This document shows, in pieces, positions 1 through 12,960 of a stretch of 64,000 nucleotides of DNA. The stretch spans positions 41,914,001 through 41,978,000 of the forward strand of contig OZ249436.1 of assembly GCA_965235115.1 (NCBI GenBank), written 5' to 3'. Source of the stretch: Laetmonice hystrix. Taxonomy: Eukaryota. A program made the position numbers and the translations under genes. How positions within the stretch are numbered: the stretch's first letter is position 1; every line of letters starts with the position of its first letter. The notes under the pieces were generated by a model, which had not been told where the DNA came from, did not search any database, and was given only the letters and a program-made list of their open reading frames with translations.

Positions 1-1941
1 ACCAGGTAATACATTGCTATCAGCCACTCAGCAATACCGTGTCAACGTGTGGGTTTTATCAGGCAAACTTTCAACGGCAAATCTAAGTTCAAGATAGTAG
101 TACGAGCGGATCTGGTGTGCCCGGGCCTTGGACTGGCTGACAGTGACAAACACAAACCGTAAAAAAAGCCAAGTTAATGACAGTGACGGAGCGTAATTAT
201 GCCATGTTTACAACTTGTTGGGCTTGCACCGCAGGTGGTCGTTGTCATCACGCAAGGTTCAGGGGCTGAGGCCTCAATGTCACACACAACGGAAGTTTAA
301 CATCAGCGACGCGTGGTTCTTTTACCGACGGTTTACACCACGGCCGATGACGACAGAATCTACGACGTTTGGGTTGCTTGTGACATTCCTACCATAGGAT
401 GAACTGGTTCAATGTCGGATTGACGTTTAAAGGTTTCATTTTCGCCCTGAAGATGGCTGAAATACTGCTAATAGTAATAGGGCAGTGACATTGCTTATTG
501 AAACCGATCTATTGCAAAAACAGGCATCGGTGTGAACACCCCATATTTTCGTATAACCTTCACCGTGACGCTTCGCCTTAAACAAGGCCAGCTAATGTGA
601 AATCCAAAAATGATCTCAATGAGAGAAAAAGACTTGCAATAGCTGAGCCTAGAGACACCTTTCCGCACACCCAGGCAGTCTAACCACAACACCAGTTACT
701 AATTCATGAAGGTCAAGAACTGTTCGTGATCTTATTGATCTTTTTGCTGTAATGAACCAGTTCCAGGGCTTTCTCCGCAGACGGGGTCATATCGATAATA
801 AATTAGAATACGCAACGAAGCAAAAACCAAACTACTCAGTGAACAACAACAATGTCATGTAGGCTGGGTTTTTACCTGTATCTGCGAGTCAACCAAACAT
901 GATGCATGGAAGCACCCGACTGTAACAAACAAAAAACCTCTAGATTTCTAAGATCAGTAGCCTGTTTATTGAAGGCGTTCAGAGAATCATTTTGTCTCAA
1001 GGATGCTGATGAAAACTCCTGTTGATTATGAATCATAATGAAGCAAAGATCATCACTAAGATAAAGATAAATGAGGAACTTGCCAGACACACCTTCTTAC
1101 GACCACCTGATCATTTTGGTGGATTTCCTTGGAAATCATTTTGAACTGTTCTCATGTAGTAATTACCAGCAAGTCGTTCCAGTTGCCTGGTATAGACATT
1201 AAGACATTCTAAAAAACGGAATAAAACAGATAAAGAAACTGAAAACAAGAGAAAGTGATATTTAATTCCCGACCGTTTATTTATTTAAGAGAATCTAATT
1301 ATGTGGTAAAATTATACCCTCATTTCTAGTTTAAGAACTACATCCCAGTATTTTGATAGAAAAGGGAAAAATGATAACGTAGCTATACTGACCTCCAGCC
1401 CAAAGAGTTAATAAAAGTCTAAATTAAGAATCACTGTCATGCCGTCTCAGTACTGAAAACAATCTGATCACATGTGAACCACATCTAATGGTGATAGAAC
1501 AAGGTTTTTAGTGATCACCCGCTAAGTGCCCTTAGTTCATACTTAAGGTCATACCCCAGGATTCTGAACTCTACTTGATTTAATAATCAGTGCACAATTC
1601 AGCCCGTATCGCAACCAGTGATACATCTGGGCCTCACACGCGATGTAATCTCTGTCATGCATCACAGGGTTTAATAAGCGAGAGGCCAGGCATTGGCTCG
1701 AGCTAGATTCTAGTACACAAAAACACAAGATCAGTTTGTTTGTGATACACATCGGATTCTGGCACTGATCCTGGCCAAGTTAGGAATCCAGCCAGGTTAG
1801 GAATGGTGTGCGATGAACATTTCACAATACTACAAATCAACAGTCGTCACAACTTTCTTATTATGACACGGCATATATTACTGTTACCAGAACGCCACCC
1901 CCCCCCCAAAAAAAAAGAGTATTTTATAAGGAATTACTTAC

Positions 1942-2102
1942 ATTGCTGCCTTCAAGGTCAAAGTGAGTGAAGTTGATGGTAATGCGATACTGTTCAGGTG
2001 CCACGATCTGCCAGACACAGTTCTTATTGGACGGGTATAAGTCTGGGTAGGAAGGACTCTGGATGGTGCCATTGGCTCCTTCAAGGTAACCTCCACAAGC
2101 AT
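1942..2102 (-). CDS. BMP1/TLL: Tolloid exon 12: CUB3 (N-terminal part)
   Basis: [60 protein letters not shown] donor. Confidence 0.96.
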
Positions 2103-2372
2103 CTGAAACACAGCACAGAGCGTCAACCGTTTCACCTCGAGGGTCGGGGAAGATCAATCAATAAGTCAAACATAGTGCTAGAACTTTCCACAATCGCTTG
2201 ATTCCCAATTTTTAAAACCTATAATGTAACTTCAGCCCACCGTGGCCATTTTTAAAAATTATGTCTGCCTTGGAATGTAACACCTGTTTCTATCATGAAG
2301 TGGTACAAATAGACTTATGTGAATTCAGAGAACATCAACTAATCATTGTAGCCTAGATGATGTCGCTCACTT

Positions 2373-3095
2373 AACACAACATCCCCTACACTATGATGTG
2401 ATGATCCTGTTATCATTTCACACAACATCCCCTACACTATGATGTGATGATCCTGTTATCCCTTTACACAACATCCCCGACACTATGGTGTGATGATCCT
2501 GTTATCATTTCACACAACATCCCCGACACTATGGTGTGATGATCCTGTTATCATTTTACACACCATCCCCTACACTATGGTGTGATGATCCTGTTATCAT
2601 TTCACACAACATCCCCTACACTATGGTGTGATGATCCTGTTACCATTTGACACACCATCCCCTACACTATGGTGTGATGATCCTGTTATCATTTCACACA
2701 ACATCCCCGACACTATGGTGTGATGATCCTGTTACCATTTGACACACCATCCCCGACACTATGGTGTGACGATCCTGTTATCATTTCACACAATGGATCC
2801 CTGACACTATGGTGTGATGATCCTGTTACCATTTGACACACCATCCCCTACACTATGGTGTGATGATCCTGTTATCATTTCACACAACATCCCCGACACT
2901 ATGGTGTGATGATCCTGTTACCATTTGACACACCATCCCCTACACTATGGTGTGATGATCCTGTTATCATTTCACACAACATCCCCGACACTATGGTGTG
3001 ATGATCCTGTTACCATTTCACACAACATCCCCGACACTATGGTGTGACGATCCTGTTATCGCTAAACACAACATGCCCTACACTATGATGTGGTG
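2373..3095. repeat. Minisatellite, 46-bp unit, about 16 copies, partly a 92-bp dimer
   Basis: Unit cacacaacatcccctacactatggtgtgatgatcctgttatcattt with alternating variants. Confidence 0.95.
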
Positions 3096-6000
3096 ACCCC
3101 CAGTTACCATTCAACGAAGTCAGAAACGAATCGAAAGTCCCATTTTTTCTATTTATCTATTTATCTAATGGGATCTACTTTATATATCTATACACCTCTG
3201 GACCTCTGGCGAACCGTACCTACAGTTGCGTACCAGTCACACCAGCGAATTGTTGCCATATCCCGATGACCCGGCTCACCCCATTGGCACACAAAGCCTC
3301 CGGAAGGTCAGCAATAAATATTTCCACACCCTAATTAACTACTAGTGCCCATTATGATGTGGCCCAATACCCTGCTGGCCGATCAAGATGAATGGCAGAT
3401 GGCCTCCCATCAATGAAATTACCTCCATCTTCATGACATCGCAAGGTGAGATTTAGCTCGCCAAGCACCCACTGTAAATCTACTTCACTTTTAGATTGAC
3501 TTTAATATTTTCTAGATTGAATCATTTTTACACTGATTATGATAAATCGCACAACTATTCTCCTCTTTCAAATAATAAATGCCACAGCTGACTGTGGATT
3601 GGCCCTATTATCTGTAAAGCATATGTGTATGCGCCTTTATCCCTAGGAGCTCTGACAGCAGCCGGGGTTTCTGGACAATGCTTGCTATAGCTGGCGGAAT
3701 AACGTGCAAACTTTAAGTCATTCAAGCAGGCAGTTCATGTCGGCAGTGGTGGCAGGTAAGACTGGCTGTTAAACCGGCCACCAGTGCCAGCCAGTGTCTG
3801 GGGCAGGGAGCGAACAATGAGGTTCAACATTACCGTGTTTGGGTGATTCAGAACGGTGGTGAGGGGGGGGGGGGCGGACTGACGGGGCGCTACCCCCCGA
3901 CCGCCGTCACCGACAACCTATACCGACTCCCCCACGGCGCGCCCATTTCCTCACCCTGTATGGGTGGGCCGGGACTCTGCCCTTCAACAGACAGTGGGAG
4001 AGCATCATTACTTTCCCATTACCCCGTGTGCACCTCTGAGATCACTGGCCTCACTCCTGACCAGGTAAGGGGTTGGGGTGGCACCTGCCACCCTCCCACC
4101 CACTTGGTACCTATAGACAGGGGATCATCCCACCAGTGTACCCCCCACCCTTCTACCACCGACTCAGCATGATTCTCCAGACGGTAATTTCCTTCTCTAC
4201 TCGCCGATCCCTGGAGTCATTCATACCATGTAGTCCCAGCTGTCCCTATCAATGTCCCAATGTTCTACGTACGGTAAAAGATCCCAGCCGTGACCGAGTC
4301 TGTAATAATAGTCTGACAACCCCTTTTCAGGCTCACTTCACACAATAATCCTAGTCAAGGGACATATACTCTAATCTGATTCCCCTCGAATCCCTATCTT
4401 TTCTGGAATTTTGCCGACATGTTGAGTAAAATGCTACAACAGAGAAATGTTTCAGCTGTTTTTAACCACTTCACGTTACAAAGATTAGTTTAAGGTGGGT
4501 AGTCAGTGATACCTTACAGCATATCTCTCACTGACCTCACAGCGTCCCAAATTCAAAGTTTCAGAAACTGTTCAACGTATTTACATGCGCTCGAGTGGTA
4601 AATTCCCTGCCTATATATGTTTAAAAAACGATGTTTTTTACTTCAGACCAAAGTTTGATATGGTCAAACAAACCTGAGCTTGCCTATATCCATTTTCTTT
4701 ACATCGGGCCAAAGATGCCAACCATGTTTTGTGATGTAATATGTCATCTATTACATTGAGTCGTTTGGAGAGCCAGTATAGGTTAATTTGCATAATAAAC
4801 CAGCAGTGACCTTAAACAGCGGGTTAAACATCCGGGCTTTTGCAAACGCTAGGGGTGCTTCAAAGCAATCCCAGGTGAAAAGCTCGGGAGAGTTCAGCTA
4901 ATGTGATAAAAATGCACATTTACCCAGTATCACCCTGTGTGAATGCAGTGTTTTCATAGCACTCAGCTGAATTGCGATTTACACCTGCCCCAGATCCCCT
5001 GCTCCTTTGGATACCCCCCCCCCCTCCCCCCATCACAGACCTGCTGTAATATTCTAGTTCTCCTCTCTCCTGGCTTGGTCCTTCATTACAATAACTTTCC
5101 ACTATCATACCCCAGTCGAACATGTTACCCTAATCAAACATACTGTCCAAATCAAAGATGCTTCACCCTGCAGAAAAGGATTATGGAGCCTGATGTTGTC
5201 CTACAATGTCCTGTCCTTCAAACTATATCTTAACCACTGTTCCATTTGTTCAAGTGTTAGTCTACTTAAGTATCACTACCTTAGAGTTTGTAATCAATCA
5301 CCAAATATATATAAAAAAAACCTCAACCGTTTTCAAGTGTCTTTCTGTGTAGCAGAAGCCTATACTAAGCCTATCTGTGCTTCCTCGTCTTTACAAATTC
5401 CTAATGTTGTATGTGGGTTTTTTTCATACATAAATCTCGGTGCCGCTACTTCTAGCCTCATGACCAGATGATGACCTGCCTATTGTATGGCTCCAATCTT
5501 CCTCTATTACCGGTAGTCCTTCTAACTCCTACCATGACTGACAGGACGGGCATGGTCTCCCACTCGCCTCTCCCTAAAGAACAAGTACGCTCTAATCTTA
5601 TTCTATTTTTTCGCATAATTTTTTTTAACAAACAAAAGTTAGGAGCGACTGCCGTCTTCCTCATAAAGATGTGTTCATTGGAAATCTTCTTTTTTCCATC
5701 CTTAGGAGGTTTAGCTACATTAGCACTAGCATATATCCGTTACGCATGGTAAAGGGCCTGTATATCGGTGTCCAGTACACCTGAGGTAACCTTTTATATG
5801 TTGTCTGCGATGTGCCCATCTCGCAGTACCTCACCACGAACCTGAAACACGCTATGGGTTAACCACAGTGGCTGCCAGCCTTCCCGATTCCTTTTCACAT
5901 CCACTGAATGGATAAACAGTATTATTGCCTCAATGAACTTGTCACAAGTAACTGAACTTTTTCAACCTCAACGGTAGTGACTGGGTCGCGGGAGGCCGAC

Positions 6001-7194
6001 CCAATTTATGTGGCAGTCTCAGCTGATAGAATAATGGATGGCTGTCAGTTCACGGTTGTAGGAGACACCATATGATAAGTGCCCTTGACTTTAGCTTGAC
6101 CACCTTAATGTTAATTGTCAGGGGAGGCGACAGCCGGCTTTCACCGCAACTTCACCACGCCAGACAGGTATAGAAAAGCAGTAGAAGCTATTCTTTGGCT
6201 GGCCGTGCCAACGCGCCATCTTGAACCCTGCGGGAGTGACAAAAAGGCAAGAGAGGGGCTTCCCAGCAGGGAAACATCAACACAGCGTGCGCAAGGTCGG
6301 TTCGGAGACGGTAACATGTCTCAGTTGTTACCACTGAAATGATGACAATGTTGTGGCTGTCCAAAATGTCCCGACGACCGTGGCATGTTGAAGAGCCGTG
6401 ACTTTTAGTGGCCATCTATCAAACCACCTGGGGAACAGCGGTGAAAAAAAGTCACTCAATGCATCTTTTCACTTTCCATTTATCAAGGCTCTAACTCGCA
6501 AGAGGTCTAAAAATTATTGAATCCCTCAATACAATAGTACTAATGTGGTCTAGACGTTGACAACTTTAAGAAAAACATGCTTAGCACAAGATGGCAAACG
6601 CACAATTCTAAAAGAGGAAGAATTGTATTAAGAAAAAATTGTCATATCTCAGGTACAATGTATGTATGCTTTCAGAGCATAGCAGCAGCTCTACAAAATT
6701 ACTCAACGCTGTATGATCCGTACATAATACATATCTGAAATGTGTACATTTGGCCAGAAAAGAAAACATACATTTTGACACTTCCTTAAATAAAACACTA
6801 CTTCAAAAACACAAATCAGTCAACTGAACTCTGATGTGCTATTTTAGGTGTTCTACTTCAACATGAATCTCATCTTCCCATTTTGGTTAAGAGCCTTTTT
6901 TCAAAACAAGAAAACCTCCATTATTATTGTCAGGTAAAAATTTGACAGATGTGCTCGGGTTACAGCGATTTGCGACAGGTACATTTATACTAATCATTAC
7001 AACCACCAGAAACAGCTACAAGGCTGTGGGTCCCTGATCCTGGTTCCAGCTGGTTTCCAGCAAGACACCACGACGTGAACTAATCCAAATCTCCATAATC
7101 TATATCAAAGCAAGACAATGGAGCTGCAGTCTGTTGGTGTCCTCAGCTAGATACAGATATTTAGTGTCCGTTATGAAACGTGATTGTAGCTTTA

Positions 7195-7278
7195 TCCGTT
7201 AATGCCGTGTATAAGCCGCTCTTGAAATTCTAAGAGGAATACTAAAAAGGTGCGGGTTATACACGGTGATTTACGGTA
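7195..7278. mobile_element. Short MITE remnant (Tc1/mariner-like termini)
   Basis: Inverted repeats ccgtgtataagccgc / gcgggttatacacgg; right end ...tttacggTA. Confidence 0.5.
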
Positions 7279-7335
7279 ATAGCACGGGCGACCGCCCACC
7301 ACACCACCCCCGGCACCACCAACCAGTAGACTTAC

Positions 7336-7458
7336 CTTCACACCTCTTGCCGTCAGAGTGCAGCTCGTAGCCGATGTGACATTCACACCTGAAGCTGCCC
7401 AGAGTGTTCAGGCAGATGTGATGACAGCCGTGCTCCTCGCTGGCACATTCATCATACT
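7336..7458 (-). CDS. BMP1/TLL: Tolloid exon 11: calcium-binding EGF domain
   Basis: [41 protein letters not shown]; six Cys; phase 1-1 exon. Confidence 0.97.
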
Positions 7459-7995
7459 CTGAAAAACATTTCTAGGTCATTCACATCTTTAGCCAGTTAC
7501 ACCTGCGAAAATTAGCACCGATCTTTCATCGCACTGGGTTTGGGGGTTGTTTTCGGTCGTTTTCAGTTCTGATCATTTTGTACATTCTTCAATGTAAATC
7601 CTTCTAATGTAAATGCTCTCCTTTTCACCCCCTTGAGAAACAGGGAGCACGCATGAAAATGAAGAATTCGTTTCACCCCGCCAAAGTCTTGACGACCCAA
7701 ATTTTGTCACAATGTGTGCAGATGCACTTGAGGTTCTGTGGTGTTATTTTTACAGAAGCAAACATCAGAAGAAAATGTTATTTATAGAGATTACCATGAC
7801 AAACATTCCAGTGATATTTTTATTTCAGTCTCAATTCTTATGTCAGCATCATAGTTGGAAAGTACCAGACAGAACAAGATGCATCGTTATACAATACATA
7901 ATGCCGCCTTTAAATAAAACAAATCTTCTTCCAAATTTAAAACGCCACCGCGGATTATTCTAATGCAACCAAGGCGCTAGAATTCTCCGGTTTAC

Positions 7996-8191
7996 CTTTG
8001 ATGAATGTTGCAGCGAAGCCAGCCTTCTGAACGGAGCCGTCGGAGACAAACTTGACATAGAGTTTGTTGGATGTTGACTTTATGTCCTCGGGAATCTTGT
8101 AGCCACAGAACTTGCCGATGAGTGGCGAATCGTCCTCGTGACCGTCTCGTACTTCAAGGTAGTCATAGACACAGTTGTCATGGTTCTCTAC
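7996..8191 (-). CDS. BMP1/TLL: Tolloid exon 10: CUB2 (C-terminal part)
   Basis: [17 protein letters not shown]...[41 protein letters not shown]. Confidence 0.97.
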
Positions 8192-8214
8192 CTGAAACAC
8201 ACTTGCAACGTTTT

Positions 8215-8288
8215 TAACTGCACATAATATCTTAACTGCACATAATATCATAACTGCACATAATATCTTAACTGCATATGATATCTTA
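8215..8288. repeat. 18-bp tandem repeat, about 4 copies, next to the exon 10 acceptor
   Basis: taactgcacataatatct repeated. Confidence 0.85.
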
Positions 8289-8946
8289 CGATCGAATTGG
8301 AAATCACATCAAGTTCCACTATTAACACATAATGTTAACATTTCTTCTGTTTTGCCAGTTTGATTTTATAGTCTTGTTTCGGCGCATACCATACGTTCTT
8401 TTTCAAATCACAGGGACGGGCAACAATGATCACTACAGATTTCTTTGACGTACGGTATTTCTTGTTAACTTCAACTGGTATTCACAGTCATTACTCAACT
8501 CTCTTAAATGTTGACAACTTGTTCAAAACACATTAAAAAGGTTTGCCAGTGTGTCAGTCTCAGGGACGGCAGTTTGACATTTCAAGATAGGATTTCCCCG
8601 GTCTGAGATAGACAAATAACGTCCAGGACCTGACCGAGTCAAACATACAAAGACGATTTCTCATTTATTTATCCTTTTTCACGATTTCATAAAAATTACA
8701 TCGAAAGTTTCTTTGAGCACTGGAAAAAGTCATATTTCACGGTTTAGTTGCCTCGACTTTGCGACTTGAGATATTTCCCCCCTCTATTTCCCGGTCATCT
8801 AAAAGTATACCAGAGGTTAAAGGTTTGGGAAAATAATTCTTTGTTTAGAAAAAAACGCTTATAAGTGAAAGGATGCACAATGACTACTCCTCCCAGCCCG
8901 ACGTCCTCCCTAATGTTACTTGTTGATATTCATCAATTTTTTTTAC

Positions 8947-9092
8947 CTCGAACGACTGGAACATGAGGGCCACGGAGTAGGTGTCCGGAACGGTGATCTT
9001 CCATACACATTCCTTGTTGGGTTTATAGTAGTCGGGGTAGTTGGGGCTCGACAGGTGACCCTGCTCCTTGAGAATCTCACCCCCACAAACAG
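8947..9092 (-). CDS. BMP1/TLL: Tolloid exon 9: CUB2 (N-terminal part)
   Basis: [49 protein letters not shown]. Confidence 0.97.
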
Positions 9093-9557
9093 CTGCAGCC
9101 AAAGACGACATAGCAAGTCCCTCTTTATGTTACTCTTTACTGTAGCTATAGCACTATGTATGCCTCTCAAATGTTTCCACTTAAAAAAAACGCCTCAGAA
9201 ACAAAATACATCAAAACAATTCAAGCAGCTAGCGGTTGATAAAGAATATGGTAGGAATCGTTATTCTATGGCAAGATTGAAATCAAAAGTAACGGTCCAG
9301 ATCTGAGGAGCGCTTTCCAAATATATCAACACCTCAGTATGTAAGGCCTCTAATCAACTGCGACGATTTCTGTCTGCGATTTCATTGCGATTTCAAGAAA
9401 CAGAATGGATAGCAAGTAAATAAAATTACTGTATATTTGTTCCATCTATTAAACAAACTTTTTTGTAATCGCAAGAAAAAATCCTTTATGAGAGGATAAA
9501 ACGGGATAGTGTTACTGATATCATCTACTGATGTACTAACTGACTAGAAGGACGTAC

Positions 9558-9677
9558 CTTCGTAGTTAGCTGTGAATCCTTTATGTGTACTACCCCGCGA
9601 TGCCTTGTACTCGATCCACATTCGACTGTCGGAGGACACCAGGGTACCCGGAAGTTTACCCATCCCACAGAACCGAC
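9558..9677 (-). CDS. BMP1/TLL: Tolloid exon 8: CUB1 (C-terminal part)
   Basis: [40 protein letters not shown]; cAG acceptor, GTACGT donor. Confidence 0.95.
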
Positions 9678-9943
9678 CTGGACAACCAATGCAACATCTT
9701 TAGAAGGTTAAAAAACGGCAAGGTCTTGTTTCTCTCGAAACCCGCCTCTATTTCTGAATTATAGCCTCATGGCTACCATAGTATGGGTTTAACTCAAATG
9801 TACAATGTAGGCATACATTGTAGGCCTATACATTATATATTATGTTTATGGGAATATTATATACATTTATACATTGTGACACCCTGTATAGCCACGGTTA
9901 GAATAAACTTCCTTAGCCAGAATAAATACTACACGAGTAATAC

Positions 9944-10168
9944 CGAGTAATGCCGACTTGAGCCAGTGTCCGTCGCGCACCTCCAGGTAATCGTGATCAC
10001 AGCCAGCAGACTCAGGAATGTCAAGAGAAGTAATGTTCAACACTATTTTTTCTCCATGAGTCGCTGATATCCGCCAGTGACATCTTTTCTCATCCTGTTC
10101 TATCGAGTTCTCCTCCGCCTTGGGTGAGTGGAACGTCCCACTCGAGTCTTGTAACGTTCGCCCACAAC
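9944..10168 (-). CDS. BMP1/TLL: Tolloid exon 7: CUB1 (N-terminal part)
   Basis: GCGRTLQDSSGTFHSP...CHWRISATHGEKIVLNIT...[19 protein letters not shown]. Confidence 0.95.
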
Positions 10169-11454
10169 CTGTCAATCAACCAACGCCTGTTATGGGCATC
10201 TAAAAAACGCACTTTTCAATCAAATCATTTCAATTGTTTGGCAGAGGGAAAATCTTCCATGCTTGATTTAAGGAACCGTGATAAATAATATGACGTCAAT
10301 TACAGCTATTTGTTACATCAGTTACTGTAATATCATCCGTAAAGTCTAACGGTAACCATTCTGCACTTATGAACTCAATGGTATCTTTTCCCATCCGACG
10401 AGAGGGAAGCCGTAAATATGGATAGTTGGCTGCGACCAGCATATCACTGCATCCAATTGTGAAAGCAGTCATTTGTACTCCACAATTATCTTTACTCACA
10501 GAATCTTTTCCTCTAATGACAAGATTAGTGGTTCTTTGATCTTTTCCTCATTGCTCTGCGGGCTGATAAAACATCCCTTTCTTCCTATTAATTCTCGTTT
10601 TTACGACGACAAAATAACAAAATTGCACTTTGCATTCATCAAGGTCCAGTTGGCCATGCAGCCATCATGATAGCAGATCGGTCAAAATTGACAGCGGCCA
10701 CGTCACAAAGTTTGTCGAGTAATCTCTTCCACTCCGTTCTCCACCAGTAAATCAGCACTGATTGTAGGGTCTTGCGAAAAGGGACATCACCACTAAACAT
10801 GATACATTTTGTTCAAATTCCCTCTACTTCAGAGTTTAACTTCAAAAAAGCACTCCTTCACTGTTAAATTTACATCTGTCAACATATCCTACAGCAAAGT
10901 CCCGACCTTTCCCTCATAATTCTAATGACTAGAGACAAAGTATATGATACATCTGGCAGCCTATGACTACTTCCTCACGGGATCCAATTCTGACTTGGAT
11001 GGTGGCAGTGAACAATCAAGGGGGCCGTGAAATTTGTTTGATGTGATCAGGTCTAAAACAGTAGATTATCACTAACAGATCCCACCACTGACACATCAAA
11101 GGTGAGCCTGCCATCAGATTAGAACTGGTGCTCGCATGAAATGGGTCTAATTGTCCCCATCGCAAGGATCAAAGAGGGCCACCTATAATGACATGAAGCT
11201 AGGTAATATCTTAACAACTGAAATACAATTAACAGTTCACCATGGGTAATTGGGACATGTGCCGGACTATTAGGCAAGGTGAGGGGGGAAATGTTCGAGG
11301 CAATTCCTCAGGGGTTGACAAGTGACATTTTCACCTTTTATATGACGTAATTTTATTTGGCTAACTCTTCGCCCTTAAAGGACATTTTGGGCAGTACATA
11401 ACACCCCTATAATATCATTCCCATGACTCTATTTTTGAAAAGGAAAGTTCTAGC

Positions 11455-11576
11455 ACAATATCTCCCCGCCATTATCCCCCGGAACAATATCCCCACAGGA
11501 CAATATCCTCCTGGACAATATCCCCCTAGTCACCCCCCCCCCCCCCGACAATATCCCCTGGACAATAAATATCCCT
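11455..11576. repeat. Cluster of ggacaatatcccc motifs, probably a transposon subterminal remnant
   Basis: Several acaatatccc-type copies with variable spacers. Confidence 0.5.
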
Positions 11577-12469
11577 CGACACGTAGAGTACAGGTAACAC
11601 GGCTTAAACTGGTTGAGTACACATACGAAAACTGAAATCGTATTTATACAATATTCTTAGTGGTCGGGAAACTTTAGCAAATCACAATTTAAACCTGCAA
11701 ATCACAATTTGTCCTGCAACCATGTGGGACCGGAGTTGAGGTATGGATATCTTCAAGAGTTGATATCAGAGTCAGTGTGACAGTGGACTTTGTCCAGCAG
11801 AGAGTCGGGAGAATCAACGTCCAAGGTTAAAGGTCCATCACTTCGACTTTGTTGACAGATGGAAAAACTCGCACCGGATTCGCTATCATCCGGTAACTGT
11901 GTGTCTGTGATCAGATTTCAATTAAAAGGTTAGTGTTTATTCCTCAACAGGTTATTTGTCATCGCTAATCCTGTTACGATTAACATAATAGGCCTACCGT
12001 TAATCGTTGGAACTCCGACTATTTCTTTTCCGAAATCAAAATATTTATACTACTCAACGTTCCAATATATAATATTGCCACAGTGTCATATACATGATCT
12101 AGTGTTTAGTCAAACGTTTTGAAAGGAACTGTTACATTAAAACTTTAAAACAAATTTTGAAAGCTAGTCAATTTCCTTGCCCCCACTTTCCCCCATACCA
12201 AAGTTCTTGGTGCGAAACCAGTTCAGTTTTTGCCTAGGTTCCAAGTACCTGTACCTGATTTCCATTCAAGGCTACTAGAGTTACAACATACAGCTGAGGT
12301 TTAAAAAAGGTGAATAATGCCAAGGTATACGAACTTTGTCTCTGAAGAGGTTAGTGATTACTGTACCGCATGTATTTTATGAGACACATACAGTATTCAC
12401 TTTCTATGTATATTTCCGACTAAAAGAGTATCCCATTATTAGACATTTCCTGTGCGATGACGGCAAATG

Positions 12470-12960
12470 GCACCTCCTGCCCCTCTACAACCTCCTGCAA
12501 CCTCCTGCCCCTCTACAACCTCCTGCCCCTCTACAACATCCTGCCCCTCTACAACCTCCTGCAACCTCCTGCCCCTCTACAACCTCCTGCCCCTCTACAA
12601 CATCCTCCCCCTCTACAACCTCCCCCCCCTCTACAACCTCCTCCCCCTCTACAACCTCCCCCCCCCCTCTACAACCTCCTCCCCCTCTACAACCTCCTCC
12701 CCCTCTACAACCTCCTCCCCCTCTACCACCTCCTCCCTCTACAACCTCCCCCTCTACAACCTCCCCCTCTACAACTTCCTCCCCTCTACAACCTCCTCCT
12801 CTACAACCTCCCCCTCTACAACCTCCCCCTCTACAACTTCCTCCCCCTCTACAACCTCCTCCCTCTACAACCTCCCCCTCTACAACCTCCCCCTCTACAA
12901 CTTCCTCCCCCTCTACAACCTCCTCCCCCCTACAACCTCCTCCCCTCTACAACCTCCTCC
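12470..12960. repeat. C-rich minisatellite (about 15-18-bp unit, cctctacaacctcctncc)
   Basis: Direct inspection. It explains the spurious Pro/Ser/Leu-rich ORFs in all three plus frames. Confidence 0.95.

Noticed and set aside
445..480. CTGAAGA...GAAA resembling a minimal hammerhead ribozyme core
   Set aside because: Stem III and the NUH cleavage triplet do not pair correctly, and no stem I was found.
2373..3095. GTGATGA (C-box-like) motif in most repeat units, suggesting a snoRNA array
   Set aside because: There is no matching CTGA D box in the unit, and the motif is antisense to the host gene.
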